From: an uncultured Bacilli bacterium
GTDB taxonomy: Bacteria; Bacillota_I; Bacilli_A; RF39; UBA660
Direction: 5' to 3'
DNA: 64,000 bases
Assembly: GCA_934098395.1 (NCBI GenBank)
Contig: CAKOOM010000001.1
Span: 340,896 to 404,895 of the forward strand
In this document: positions 1 to 8,930 of the stretch, piece after piece
Layout: each line of letters starts with the position of its first letter
Position numbering within the stretch: position 1 is the stretch's first letter
The notes under the pieces: model-generated
Told to the model about the DNA's origin: nothing
The model's database searches: none
The model's input: the letters and a program-made list of their open reading frames with translations, nothing else
Made by a program: the position numbers and the translations under genes

Positions 1-44
1 ATCATATTCGAAGATGCAATTCAATCGAATACATTATCAAAGAA

Positions 45-272
45 ATGGACAAATATTTTGGGCGAGCAGTAAGCAGAAAAAGACTAGAACAATTATCTGA
101 AAAAGATTTTTGGGATAAGTATGATGCGATGTTAGAACTTATTAAGACAAAACTTCCAGACAATTCTGGTAAGAAAAAATTAATACAAGCATATTTTGGA
201 GAAATAGATCTATCCAAAAATGACTTAGAAAACGCAGTAGCAAATGGCTACGAAGAAGAAATGGAGAAATAA
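45..272 (+). CDS. hypothetical phage protein (reading frame open to window start, possibly 5'-partial)
   Basis: ORF track; no stop in this frame between position 3 and 45. Confidence 0.4.
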   Translation: MDKYFGRAVSRKRLEQLSEKDFWDKYDAMLELIKTKLPDNSGKKKLIQAYFGEIDLSKNDLENAVANGYEEEMEK

Positions 273-274
273 TT

Positions 275-613
275 ATGGAAAATAAAAATATAAATAAAGA
301 AATTAAAAAATTTTATGATGAAATAATGAAGGGGAACAATAGAGCAGCAATAATGTTTACAGATAATTCCTCATTAATTTATGGAACTGGATTAGAACTA
401 ATAGCTATTTTAACGACAATATTGAAAATAATGAGAAAAAATGGCACTCCTGAAAGTTTACTAGAAAAAGCTTTTGAAATTTCAAAAAAGACAGATGAAG
501 AAATAGAAAAAGGAGAAATAGAAAAAGGTGCATCCAAAAATGTAGTAAAAAATAAGGTTAAAGCAATAAGAGAAATGTTAGATTTTTTGGAGGAAATAGA
601 CAATGAATGGTAA
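275..613 (+). CDS. hypothetical phage protein
   Basis: 112-aa ORF tightly packed with neighbours. Confidence 0.45.
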   Translation: MENKNINKEIKKFYDEIMKGNNRAAIMFTDNSSLIYGTGLELIAILTTILKIMRKNGTPESLLEKAFEISKKTDEEIEKGEIEKGASKNVVKNKVKAIREMLDFLEEIDNEW

Positions 614-1496
614 AAAGCAAATAGCAGTAATAGAACAATTACCAAAAATAACAGAAAAGATTGAAAAAGTTGGTGCAGATTTAGATAAAAGACTTGCTGA
701 TTTAAAACTAGATTCATTAGTTTGCAGTGAAGAAACAAGAAAAGAAATTAAAACATTGAGAACACAATTAGGCAAGGAGCTTAAAGACTTTGAAAGCCAA
801 AGAAAAGCTATAAAAGAAAAAATAAATGCTCCATATGAAAAATTTAATGAAACTTATGAGAAAGAAATAAAAACAAAATATCAAAATGCAGATTTAATTT
901 TAAAAAATAAAATTGATATTGTTGAAGCTGAGATTAAAAACAAAGCAAAAGTGTTAATTGTAGATTTTTTTGAAGAACATAAAAAATCAAAGGCATGTCT
1001 AAAAGAAAATTATATTAAGTTTGATGAACTTAACTTATCAATTGGATTGGATGCTTTAACAGAAAAGGGTTTATTAGCAAAAAAATACAAAGATGCAATT
1101 ATTGAAAAAGTAGACAATGTTGAAAGAGACATTGAAACAATAAATACTATGGAACGTCATGATGAAATACTTGTAGAATATTTGAAACATAAAAATCTAT
1201 CATTAGCAATAAAAGAAGTAAATGATAGACATGTAATACTAGATCAAGTACAAAGAGATTATGAAATAGTGCAAGAAAAGCAAAAACAAGAAGAACAAGT
1301 TATTGAAAAAGTAGAAGAAGTATTATCAGCCCCAGTTGAAGAAACAATACAAGGTCAAATGACTATTGATGATTTTGAAGAAACCGAAAAAACAAATGAA
1401 GAAATTTATGAGATGACATTTACAGTAAAAGCAACTTTATCAAAGTTAAAAGAATTAAAAGAATATTTAATTCAGGAGGGATACATTAATGAATAA
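603..1496 (+). CDS. hypothetical K/E-rich coiled-coil phage protein immediately upstream of recT (possible recombination accessory)
   Basis: 297-aa ORF; ATGA overlap with the recT start. Confidence 0.5.
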   Translation: MNGKKQIAVIEQLPKITEKIEKVGADLDKRLADLKLDSLVCSEETRKEIKTLRTQLGKELKDFESQRKAIKEKINAPYEKFNETYEKEIKTKYQNADLILKNKIDIVEAEIKNKAKVLIVDFFEEHKKSKACLKENYIKFDELNLSIGLDALTEKGLLAKKYKDAIIEKVDNVERDIETINTMERHDEILVEYLKHKNLSLAIKEVNDRHVILDQVQRDYEIVQEKQKQEEQVIEKVEEVLSAPVEETIQGQMTIDDFEETEKTNEEIYEMTFTVKATLSKLKELKEYLIQEGYINE

Positions 1497-2361
1497 TCAA
1501 TTACAAAGTAAACCAAAGTTTAGTTTGGCTATTCAAAGTGAAGGATACAAAAAGTTAATTAATAATACGTTAGGTGATTCAAAAAGATCAGCAAAGTTTA
1601 TTGCAGCAATAAGTAGTGCGGTAGCTACTAATTCTAGTTTGCAAGAGTGCGATGCCGGAAGTATTCTTAGTGGAGCATTACTTGGAGAAGCACTTAACTT
1701 AAGTCCAAGTCCTCAATTAGGCCAATACTATTTAGTACCATTTGAACAAAAAAAATATAATGAAAAAACAAGAAAATATGAAACAATATCTAAAAAAGCA
1801 CAGTTCCAACTAGGATATAAAGGTTATATTCAATTAGCAATTAGAAGCGGTCAATATAAAGACATTGATGTTATAGAAGTAAGAGAAGGTGAGTACTTAG
1901 GTAGAGACAAAATTACTGGTAAACATCAATTTGAATTTATAGAAGATGAGGTTGAAAGAGATAATAAACCAATAATTGGTTATATGGCTTATTTTGAATA
2001 TCTAAATGGTTTTTATAAAAACTTATACTGGTCAAAAGAAAAAATGCAAAAGCATGCACTAGAGTATTCACAAGCATATGCTAGTGACATAAAAAAGGGA
2101 ACTAATTATTCATTTTGGAGTAAAGACTTCAATGGCATGGCTTTTAAAACAATGCTAAGACAATTAATTTCAAAATGGGGAATTATGAGTATAGATATGC
2201 AAGAAGCTTTGACTAAGGATATGTCAGTGGTAAAAGAAGATGGAACTTACGATTATGTTGATAATCAACCAGTAATGGAAGTTCCAAGTGAAGAACGAGT
2301 TGAACAAACAGCAGAAACTGCTACAGTTGAAGTGAAACAGGTCAACATAAATGAACTTTAA
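1489..2361 (+). CDS. recT: RecT-family single-strand annealing recombinase
   Basis: N-terminal region (FIAAISSAVATNSSLQECDAGSILSGALLGEALNLSPSPQLGQYYLVPF) matches RecT as recalled; sits upstream of SSB. Confidence 0.8.
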   Translation: MNNQLQSKPKFSLAIQSEGYKKLINNTLGDSKRSAKFIAAISSAVATNSSLQECDAGSILSGALLGEALNLSPSPQLGQYYLVPFEQKKYNEKTRKYETISKKAQFQLGYKGYIQLAIRSGQYKDIDVIEVREGEYLGRDKITGKHQFEFIEDEVERDNKPIIGYMAYFEYLNGFYKNLYWSKEKMQKHALEYSQAYASDIKKGTNYSFWSKDFNGMAFKTMLRQLISKWGIMSIDMQEALTKDMSVVKEDGTYDYVDNQPVMEVPSEERVEQTAETATVEVKQVNINEL

Positions 2362-2971
2362 AATAATTAATACTGGTTCTGATGGTAATGGATTGATAAT
2401 AGAAGACACTATTTTAATTGACTGCGGAGTATCATTTAAAAAACTAAATGAATATTATAAGCAATTTAAAATAGTACTTCTTACACATTGCCATGGCGAT
2501 CATTTCAATAAAGAAACTATATCAAAATTAGCTTATGAAAGACCAACTTTAAGATTTGGATGTTGCGAATGGTTGGTAAAAAAATTAATTGACTGTGGAG
2601 TAAACAAAAAGCAAATAGACGTCTATGAAACAGGCAAAATTTACTCATATAACGAGTTTAAAGTTATTCCTATCAAATTGTATCATGATGTACCACAATG
2701 TGGCTACAAATTGAAAATAAATGGAAATAAAATAATATATGCAACTGATACAAACAAGATAGAACATGTTATTGCCAAAAATTATGATTATTACTTCATA
2801 GAGGGCAATTATGAAAATGAAGAAGAATTACATAAGAGATCGGAAAATAAATATTATGAAAGCCGAGTAAAAAATACGCATTTGAGCAAAGTACAAGCTA
2901 CAGAGTGGCTTATGAAAAACATAGGGGATAACTCTAAATATATATTTATGCACGAGCATAAAGAAAGGTAG
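2351..2971 (+). CDS. MBL-fold metallo-hydrolase (phage-associated)
   Basis: HxHxDH motif THCHGDHF followed by downstream His/Asp residues; typical partner of RecT/SSB in Firmicute phages. Confidence 0.7.
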   Translation: MNFKIINTGSDGNGLIIEDTILIDCGVSFKKLNEYYKQFKIVLLTHCHGDHFNKETISKLAYERPTLRFGCCEWLVKKLIDCGVNKKQIDVYETGKIYSYNEFKVIPIKLYHDVPQCGYKLKINGNKIIYATDTNKIEHVIAKNYDYYFIEGNYENEEELHKRSENKYYESRVKNTHLSKVQATEWLMKNIGDNSKYIFMHEHKER

Positions 2972-2982
2972 TGAATTAAAAA

Positions 2983-3435
2983 ATGAATAAAGTGTTTTTA
3001 ATAGGAAGATTATCAAGAGATCCTGAATTAAGACATACTTCAAATAACACACCATTTTGTCAAATAAATGTGGCAATATCAAGACCTGTAGGTCAAGGTA
3101 AAGAGCCTGAAACCGATTTTATAAATGTTGTTGTATGGAATAAACAAGCAGAAAATTTAGTTAAGTATGTTAAAAAAGGAAATCAAATAGCAATTGAAGG
3201 AAGAATTCAAACAAGAAGTTATGATAATGAAGAAGGTAAAAAAGTATATGTAACTGAAGTATTAGCTAATCATGTCGAATTTATCGGAAACAACAGCAAT
3301 AAAACAAATGACAATCAAACACAAACACAAGATAATAAAACTTCATATACTGCCGAGGAAATAGATAATATTGATGATCCATATGATAATTTTGGCAAAA
3401 GAGTAGAAGTGACAGATGATATGCTGCCATTTTAG
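2983..3435 (+). CDS. ssb: single-stranded DNA-binding protein
   Basis: OB-fold N-terminus MNKVFLIGRLSRDPELR...; acidic C-terminal tail ending DDMLPF. Confidence 0.85.
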   Translation: MNKVFLIGRLSRDPELRHTSNNTPFCQINVAISRPVGQGKEPETDFINVVVWNKQAENLVKYVKKGNQIAIEGRIQTRSYDNEEGKKVYVTEVLANHVEFIGNNSNKTNDNQTQTQDNKTSYTAEEIDNIDDPYDNFGKRVEVTDDMLPF

Positions 3436-3445
3436 GAGTTAAAAT

Positions 3446-3970
3446 ATGGAAAATATAAATTATTGTGATAAGTGTGGTAATTGTAGTCGTTGTGGTGAAT
3501 GTTGTGTTGCAACACTACCAATTACTAAAGCAGAAGAAAAAAAGATAAAAGAGTATATTTCTAAAAATAATATAGAGCCTGAATTTTTTCAAAAAGATGA
3601 CACTATTAACTTACAATGTTGTTTTTATGATAGGACTAACAAAGTATGTAAGATATATGAGGTGAGACCTAGTATATGTCGGACTTTTAAATGCAATAAA
3701 CCAGTTGAAGAACTTGAAAAAGAAAAAGAAGAGGCACATAAAAAAGCATGCTGGAACAAGTTGGCTGGTGGTAAGACTACTAATGTAACAGATATGAGAT
3801 TGTTGTTTTATGGAGATCCTAGAAGTTTGATAGCAAGGATAATACATTATATTACAGATGGTACAATGCAATGTAATAAAGAACAATTTGGTTTTGTAAA
3901 AATGTTTTTAGCAACACATGGACAAAAAGAATTAGCAAAAAGTATAGTCGGAGAATTAAGTGATAGATGA
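3446..3970 (+). CDS. Cys-rich protein with a CxxCxxCC (YkgJ / UPF0153-type) Fe/Zn-chelating motif
   Basis: CDKCGNCSRCGECCV near the N-terminus plus additional Cys pairs. Confidence 0.5.
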   Translation: MENINYCDKCGNCSRCGECCVATLPITKAEEKKIKEYISKNNIEPEFFQKDDTINLQCCFYDRTNKVCKIYEVRPSICRTFKCNKPVEELEKEKEEAHKKACWNKLAGGKTTNVTDMRLLFYGDPRSLIARIIHYITDGTMQCNKEQFGFVKMFLATHGQKELAKSIVGELSDR

Positions 3971-4454
3971 TACTGGAAAGATAGAAAAGTTCTTGCCACT
4001 AATATTTAGATTAGATAAAGATACTGTATATGATATAAAAATAATCAAACACGTGGAAAAAAGAACATTAAAGGCTAATAGATACTGTTGGAAGTTATGT
4101 ACTGAAATAGCAGCTGTTTTAAATAAAACAAAAAATCAAATTTATTACGAAATGTTATGTGATTATGGTGTGTTTAAAACTGATGAAAAAGGAGAAATAA
4201 TTGCTGGAATATTTCCTAAAGAAATGGAAGTAACTAGAATCTGTGATGGATATTGGCAATATATTGAACCAATAAATTATAAAGGATTTGTAGCAAAGAA
4301 ATATTACTTGATAAAAGGTTCATCTGAATATAACAAAAATGAGATGAGAATATTTCTGAATGGGATAGTACAAGAAGCTAGAAATTTGGGAATAAAAACA
4401 AAAGATGATATAGAGTTAGAAAGAATGATTGATTCATTAAAACTAACAGATTAG
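3960..4454 (+). CDS. hypothetical phage protein
   Basis: 164-aa ORF; ATGA overlap with upstream gene. Confidence 0.45.
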   Translation: MIDDTGKIEKFLPLIFRLDKDTVYDIKIIKHVEKRTLKANRYCWKLCTEIAAVLNKTKNQIYYEMLCDYGVFKTDEKGEIIAGIFPKEMEVTRICDGYWQYIEPINYKGFVAKKYYLIKGSSEYNKNEMRIFLNGIVQEARNLGIKTKDDIELERMIDSLKLTD

Positions 4455-4463
4455 GAGTATGAT

Positions 4464-4625
4464 ATGAAAAAATTAAAAAGAATAAGTGCAAGGTTGAAAA
4501 GGTTGTTTAAAGAATTTGAGGCATATGACATAATGCACGATGGTAAATTAAGTAGTGCATTGATTGCTGGAATATCATTTCTATTAATTTTATTAGCAGC
4601 AATATATTTTGTATTATTTGGGTAG
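4464..4625 (+). CDS. small membrane protein (53 aa, below ORF-track cutoff)
   Basis: ATG with GGAG RBS; C-terminal hydrophobic segment IAGISFLLILLAAIYFVLFG. Confidence 0.3.
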   Translation: MKKLKRISARLKRLFKEFEAYDIMHDGKLSSALIAGISFLLILLAAIYFVLFG

Positions 4626-4633
4626 GTGAAAAT

Positions 4634-4900
4634 ATGGAAGAAGAAAGAGATTTATTCTTGACTGATGAAGAAATACATGGATTGGATGAGCCAACTCCAG
4701 AAGAAATAGAAATAGAAAAACTGAAAGAAGAAAACAAGAAGATGAAATACAAACTGGAGGATATCAAAATAGTAATTGATAAAATGTATAAACAAGCAAC
4801 TAAAGCGTTAAAAGAAGAAATAGCACCAAGTGTAAAAAAGTATCTAGAGTATGACATAAGGGATATAAGAGAGTTGTTAGAGATTTTGAGTGATGATTAA
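4634..4900 (+). CDS. hypothetical acidic coiled-coil phage protein
   Basis: ORF track. Confidence 0.45.
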   Translation: MEEERDLFLTDEEIHGLDEPTPEEIEIEKLKEENKKMKYKLEDIKIVIDKMYKQATKALKEEIAPSVKKYLEYDIRDIRELLEILSDD

Positions 4901-5073
4901 TGACTGCAAGAGAAAGAGAAGAGATAATCGATTTCGCGATAGGAAAACTGACAGAATTAAAGATTAAGGCTGATTTTGAAGATAGAGCTAGAAAAAAGAT
5001 AAGATATGTGAAAAAATCACAAGCATATCAAGATTTAATTAATTTTTTAAAGGAAATGAAATATTATGGGTAA
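4900..5073 (+). CDS. hypothetical small phage protein (57 aa, below cutoff)
   Basis: TAATG overlap with the upstream stop; ends overlapping the next ATG. Confidence 0.3.
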   Translation: MTAREREEIIDFAIGKLTELKIKADFEDRARKKIRYVKKSQAYQDLINFLKEMKYYG

Positions 5074-5260
5074 AATGAAAGAATATGCACTGTATATAGG
5101 TGATAAGTTTATTGATATAGGTACTAAAGAATATTTAGCTAGCTTATTAAATGTAAGAAAAGAAACAATTGAATTTTATGCCTCTCCAACTCAACTTAAA
5201 AGAAATAGAGATAACGGTTATGTAGTAGTGAGGATTGATGATGATGAAAGAGAAAAATAA
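5066..5260 (+). CDS. hypothetical phage protein
   Basis: ORF track. Confidence 0.4.
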   Translation: MGKMKEYALYIGDKFIDIGTKEYLASLLNVRKETIEFYASPTQLKRNRDNGYVVVRIDDDEREK

Positions 5261-5501
5261 AAAAGATGAAATAGTAATAATGATGATAAGTTTCTTTATA
5301 AATGAAATGATTGAAAATGGCATAGCAACCGATAAAGAAATATCAGACTATTTTAATGAATCAAACGATAAGCAATTTAGGAAAATGATTAAAGAATATA
5401 AAGAAATAACATTAATAACAAGAAGTAAATCAATTAAAAAAATTAAGGAATTAAAAGAAGAAATTAAAACTTTAAAAAGTGATATCAAGATATCAGAATA
5501 A
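5235..5501 (+). CDS. hypothetical phage protein
   Basis: ORF track. Confidence 0.4.
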   Translation: MMMMKEKNKKDEIVIMMISFFINEMIENGIATDKEISDYFNESNDKQFRKMIKEYKEITLITRSKSIKKIKELKEEIKTLKSDIKISE

Positions 5502-5576
5502 GTAAATAAAGTTATTTAATTGGTAAGTATGTATGTTTACATACTTACAATTGTAATTACATTAGGAGAAATAGTT

Positions 5577-5807
5577 ATGAATAAAGAAGAAATTAAAGAC
5601 TATTTGAAAAGAGTTGATGAGTTAGGGGCTAAACTGACGGGAGAAGATAAAGAAACTTATATTTGGTTAATTTATGGCTATAATCAATGTGCTAAATTGT
5701 TAAATGAAACAAAACAACAATGTGAAAAACAAAAAGAAATAATTGATAAGGCAATAAATAAAATAGAAAAAACAAAAAAAGAAGATATTTATTCGAAAAC
5801 GAAATAG
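5577..5807 (+). CDS. hypothetical phage protein (start moved to the ATG with an AGGAGA RBS; ORF track lists 5520)
   Basis: RBS spacing. Confidence 0.4.
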   Translation: MNKEEIKDYLKRVDELGAKLTGEDKETYIWLIYGYNQCAKLLNETKQQCEKQKEIIDKAINKIEKTKKEDIYSKTK

Positions 5808-5838
5808 AAGTATTAAATATATTTAAAGAGGTGTCAGA

Positions 5839-6195
5839 ATGAACAAAGAAGAAGTATTAAAACAATTATTTCAATTACCTAAAAATGATATATTAGACAT
5901 TTTTGAAATTATAAATGGTTATAAAGAGAGAGTAAATAAAAGTAAAAAAGATACTTTACTTGTGAGATGTGTATTTATGAAAAATTATCATAGTATAAAA
6001 GAATTTTATGAAAAAAACAAAATAACAAAAGACAGTATGTTGGCAAATGCTTTAAATTATGAAACAGCAAATTTAAAAGCATATTTAAGATTAAAAAACA
6101 GTTTATGTATAAATAATGAAATGTTTAACAACATTCTTTTAGAACTAGAGCAAGGAAGTGATAATAATGAACAAAGAAATATTAGAAATAACTAA
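5839..6195 (+). CDS. hypothetical phage protein
   Basis: AGAGGTG RBS. Confidence 0.45.
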   Translation: MNKEEVLKQLFQLPKNDILDIFEIINGYKERVNKSKKDTLLVRCVFMKNYHSIKEFYEKNKITKDSMLANALNYETANLKAYLRLKNSLCINNEMFNNILLELEQGSDNNEQRNIRNN

Positions 6196-6565
6196 ACGAT
6201 TTCATGATACATACGAAAAATTATCTAGTGATTACAATTATGAAACTAGAAAAGATACTAAAGCATTCGATGTTAATTCTAGTAATGGAAAACTCATGTA
6301 TGCAACAGTCAGTGAAGTAGTTAACCCAATTTTAGAAGAAAACAAACAACTAAACAAAAGAGTTGCTTATTTAGAAAGAAGTAATGACAGAAGAGAAGAA
6401 ACTATATTAGAGCAAAGACAAGAAATTGTTGGATTAGAAACTCGTTGGAATATATTAAAAGAATGTCTTAAAGATGTTATGAATAGTTCTGATTCTGATG
6501 ATAAAGATTTTGTAGAAACAATTTTAGATATAATGCAAGAAATAGAACAAGGAAGTGACGAATAA
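6167..6565 (+). CDS. hypothetical phage protein (ATG at 6167; the ORF track start at 6158 is a GTG)
   Basis: GGAAGTGA RBS 8 nt upstream. Confidence 0.45.
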   Translation: MNKEILEITKRFHDTYEKLSSDYNYETRKDTKAFDVNSSNGKLMYATVSEVVNPILEENKQLNKRVAYLERSNDRREETILEQRQEIVGLETRWNILKECLKDVMNSSDSDDKDFVETILDIMQEIEQGSDE

Positions 6566-7153
6566 ATGACAAATGAATTGTTAGCAAGAATTGATTTGTT
6601 TGAAAAAGAAAACAAACAATTAAAAGAGAAACTATCTAAAATAGAAACATTAATAATAAACCATAATTGCGATACTGGTGATATTTATTATAAGTATAAT
6701 AGCAGATTTTTAAAAAGTGAATTAAAACAAAGAATATTAGAGATAGTATATGAAGAAGAAAGTGGGAGTAATAAAGCTAAAGATGAAAATAAAGAATTAA
6801 AGAAACAACTTGAAGTAGGAGAAGAACAATATAATGATTTAATAGAAGAAAAAGAGATTTTACAAGAGCAACTATCAATTAAAACTTTACAGTTGGAAGA
6901 ATTAAAGGAACAAGTAAATAAGGGATTATACAATATTTGTATGCCATATACAACTGGTTATAATAAAGCAACGAAAGATAAAGAAACTCAACAAAAAGAG
7001 TTTATAAATTATTTAGAAGATTTAATAAAACAAAATGAAACAGTTGTTGAAGTATCAAAATATGGATTACCTAAAAATTGTTCTAAATTATTAATAGATT
7101 TTTATAAAGAAATTTTACAAAAATATAAAGAAATAATAGGAGATGATAAATAG
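6566..7153 (+). CDS. hypothetical coiled-coil phage protein
   Basis: 195-aa ORF; TAAATG junction. Confidence 0.45.
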   Translation: MTNELLARIDLFEKENKQLKEKLSKIETLIINHNCDTGDIYYKYNSRFLKSELKQRILEIVYEEESGSNKAKDENKELKKQLEVGEEQYNDLIEEKEILQEQLSIKTLQLEELKEQVNKGLYNICMPYTTGYNKATKDKETQQKEFINYLEDLIKQNETVVEVSKYGLPKNCSKLLIDFYKEILQKYKEIIGDDK

Positions 7154-7776
7154 TGATAAAAAAGGAAATATATCCTAAAACAAAAAGAGTTAGCTGTAAA
7201 GGTAATAAAGTATATATTACGGAAAAGTTGGATGGAAGTAATTTAGTATTTTTTAAAAAGAATAATGAATTATATATAGCTCAAAGAAAAAGTATATTTA
7301 AAATAAGTGAATTAGAAGAAGTGAAAGACATTTTATACAAAGGATTATATCAATGGCTGATTGATAATAAAAACGTTTTAATTGATGAATTACATGATAA
7401 CAGTGCTATTTGTGGCGAGTGGCTAGGAATGGGTTGTTTGAAATACAACATTGATGAATTTGACAAGAGATGGTATATGTTTGCAAAAGCAAATATAGAT
7501 GATGATTATAATTTATATAATTTAATTTACAATCATGATTTGTTTATTTATCCATTTGTAAATCAACAAATACCTAATTTTATTGGTGTAGTTCCTGAGG
7601 TAATAGAATTAGTGAATATACCAAATAAGGAACAGTTAGATAGTATTTACGAAAAATATCAAAGCAAAGTAAAAAGAAATGTTGAAGGATTTGTTATCAA
7701 CTACAACAACGATATTACTAAATATGTCAGAATGAAAAATGGTAAATTACAAGAGCATTTTGATAGAGGAGAGTAA
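7153..7776 (+). CDS. RNA-ligase-family nucleotidyltransferase (ATP-dependent RNA/DNA ligase-like, PF09414-type)
   Basis: GTG start. Ligase motifs in order: I TEKLDGSN (KxDGxN), III ICGEWLG, IV EGFVIN, V KYVRMKNGK. Confidence 0.6.
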   Translation: MIKKEIYPKTKRVSCKGNKVYITEKLDGSNLVFFKKNNELYIAQRKSIFKISELEEVKDILYKGLYQWLIDNKNVLIDELHDNSAICGEWLGMGCLKYNIDEFDKRWYMFAKANIDDDYNLYNLIYNHDLFIYPFVNQQIPNFIGVVPEVIELVNIPNKEQLDSIYEKYQSKVKRNVEGFVINYNNDITKYVRMKNGKLQEHFDRGE

Positions 7777-7780
7777 AAAG

Positions 7781-8083
7781 TTGAAAGTAAAAAGGAAAAC
7801 ATTTAGATACAATGATGACTATTTTGAATTCTATGATAGAAATAAAAACAAGATAAACATAATATCATTAAAAATATTAGCAGATAAAATAGTGTTAGAG
7901 TATGAGGAGTTAATTGATGACAAAGAAAGATATAAAGAATTAAAAACAAAACTAGCAGCAACAACAGATAATAGACAATTAATGATAGCTGAATTAAATA
8001 AGAGAGAAAAACAGTTGAACTGTCCTTATAAGAATAGGAGATATACAGAGGAAGAATTACAAAAGATACTAAAAGGGGTGTAA
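7781..8083 (+). CDS. hypothetical phage protein (probable TTG start after AGAGGAGAG RBS; ORF track lists 7739)
   Basis: RBS spacing; the upstream portion overlaps the ligase gene. Confidence 0.4.
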   Translation: MKVKRKTFRYNDDYFEFYDRNKNKINIISLKILADKIVLEYEELIDDKERYKELKTKLAATTDNRQLMIAELNKREKQLNCPYKNRRYTEEELQKILKGV

Positions 8084-8086
8084 TTA

Positions 8087-8506
8087 ATGTATTTAGAATA
8101 TCATGAATTATTGAAAAAATTTAAAAAAGCAGAAAAAAATTACAACGAAGCACTAGAAAAGAAAAGTGAGTTAATACTATCAGTAATGCCAGGAGCAGTT
8201 AAACCAAAAGAAGTTATAACAACTAGCAATACTTCACCAGACACTAATTTAATTGATTACACAAGTGAAATAGATGAAGTTGATAGATTAATCAATCAGA
8301 GTAGAAACACACGAGATATGCTAAATTATGAGTTAAAGAAGAAGTTAATTAAGATGAGAGAAGAAGGAGATGTATATGACAAGATATACATTTATCGATG
8401 GATAGAACATAGATCTGTTTATAAGTTTTATCGTTTAGTTGGCTACAGTGTTAGACAAACATATAATTATATTGAAGAAATGAAAGAAAAATTGTATAAA
8501 AATTAA
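8087..8506 (+). CDS. putative late-gene transcriptional activator (ArpU/RinA-like)
   Basis: Last early-type ORF before the terminase block; C-terminal region YIYRWIEHRSVYKFYRLVGYSVRQTYNYIEEM resembles sigma-region-4-like HTH of phage late activators. Confidence 0.4.
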   Translation: MYLEYHELLKKFKKAEKNYNEALEKKSELILSVMPGAVKPKEVITTSNTSPDTNLIDYTSEIDEVDRLINQSRNTRDMLNYELKKKLIKMREEGDVYDKIYIYRWIEHRSVYKFYRLVGYSVRQTYNYIEEMKEKLYKN

Positions 8507-8508
8507 AA

Positions 8509-8528
8509 TTGCACAAAATTGCACAAAA
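8509..8528. repeat. tandem direct repeat 2 x TTGCACAAAA
   Basis: Exact 10-bp duplication immediately after the regulator stop codon. Confidence 0.8.
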
Positions 8529-8529
8529 T

Positions 8530-8768
8530 TAGGTATACACTAGTATCGTGAGAAAATAAATAATTCACACATAATACCTAACACTATCTTAACAGTTGGG
8601 TTACTAATACCATAGCCTTAGTGAAGGCAAGTCTTGATAGTGAGCTATAGACTACCTTCTATGGAGAACTCACTTTATGGTATTGTTATACTATCTTTAA
8701 TAGATAGTGTACTGATGATATAAGTCTGGTGTACAGGTGGCTAATAGAATAGTTTGTTAGTATACCTA
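8530..8768 (+). ncRNA. candidate structured non-coding element (four properly nested helices) in the 420-bp gap upstream of the terminase block; may instead be a cos/packaging DNA structure
   Basis: Complementary pairs: 8530-8538/8760-8768, 8581-8588/8703-8710, 8606-8615/8675-8684, 8639-8644/8669-8674. Local GC is visibly higher than the surrounding DNA. No ORF. Confidence 0.35.
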
Positions 8769-8857
8769 TTCAAAAGCACCTTAAAAAAGTAAAACTAACA
8801 TTTACCGTTATGTCATTAGTACAGTATTTACTAAAACGAAACATATAACTTCCTTTA

Positions 8858-8884
8858 CGAGAGACTAATAGTCTCTTTTATTAT
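8858..8884 (+). terminator. rho-independent terminator
   Basis: AGAGACT-AAT-AGTCTCT followed by TTTTATT. Confidence 0.6.
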
Positions 8885-8930
8885 GCAAATATCCTCAATA
8901 GAGAATTAAATATAGCAAAGGGGTGATCAT

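Noticed and set aside
603-1496. Assigning the recT-upstream coiled-coil protein to a named DUF family
   Set aside because: Only positional analogy from memory; no motif could be verified by eye.
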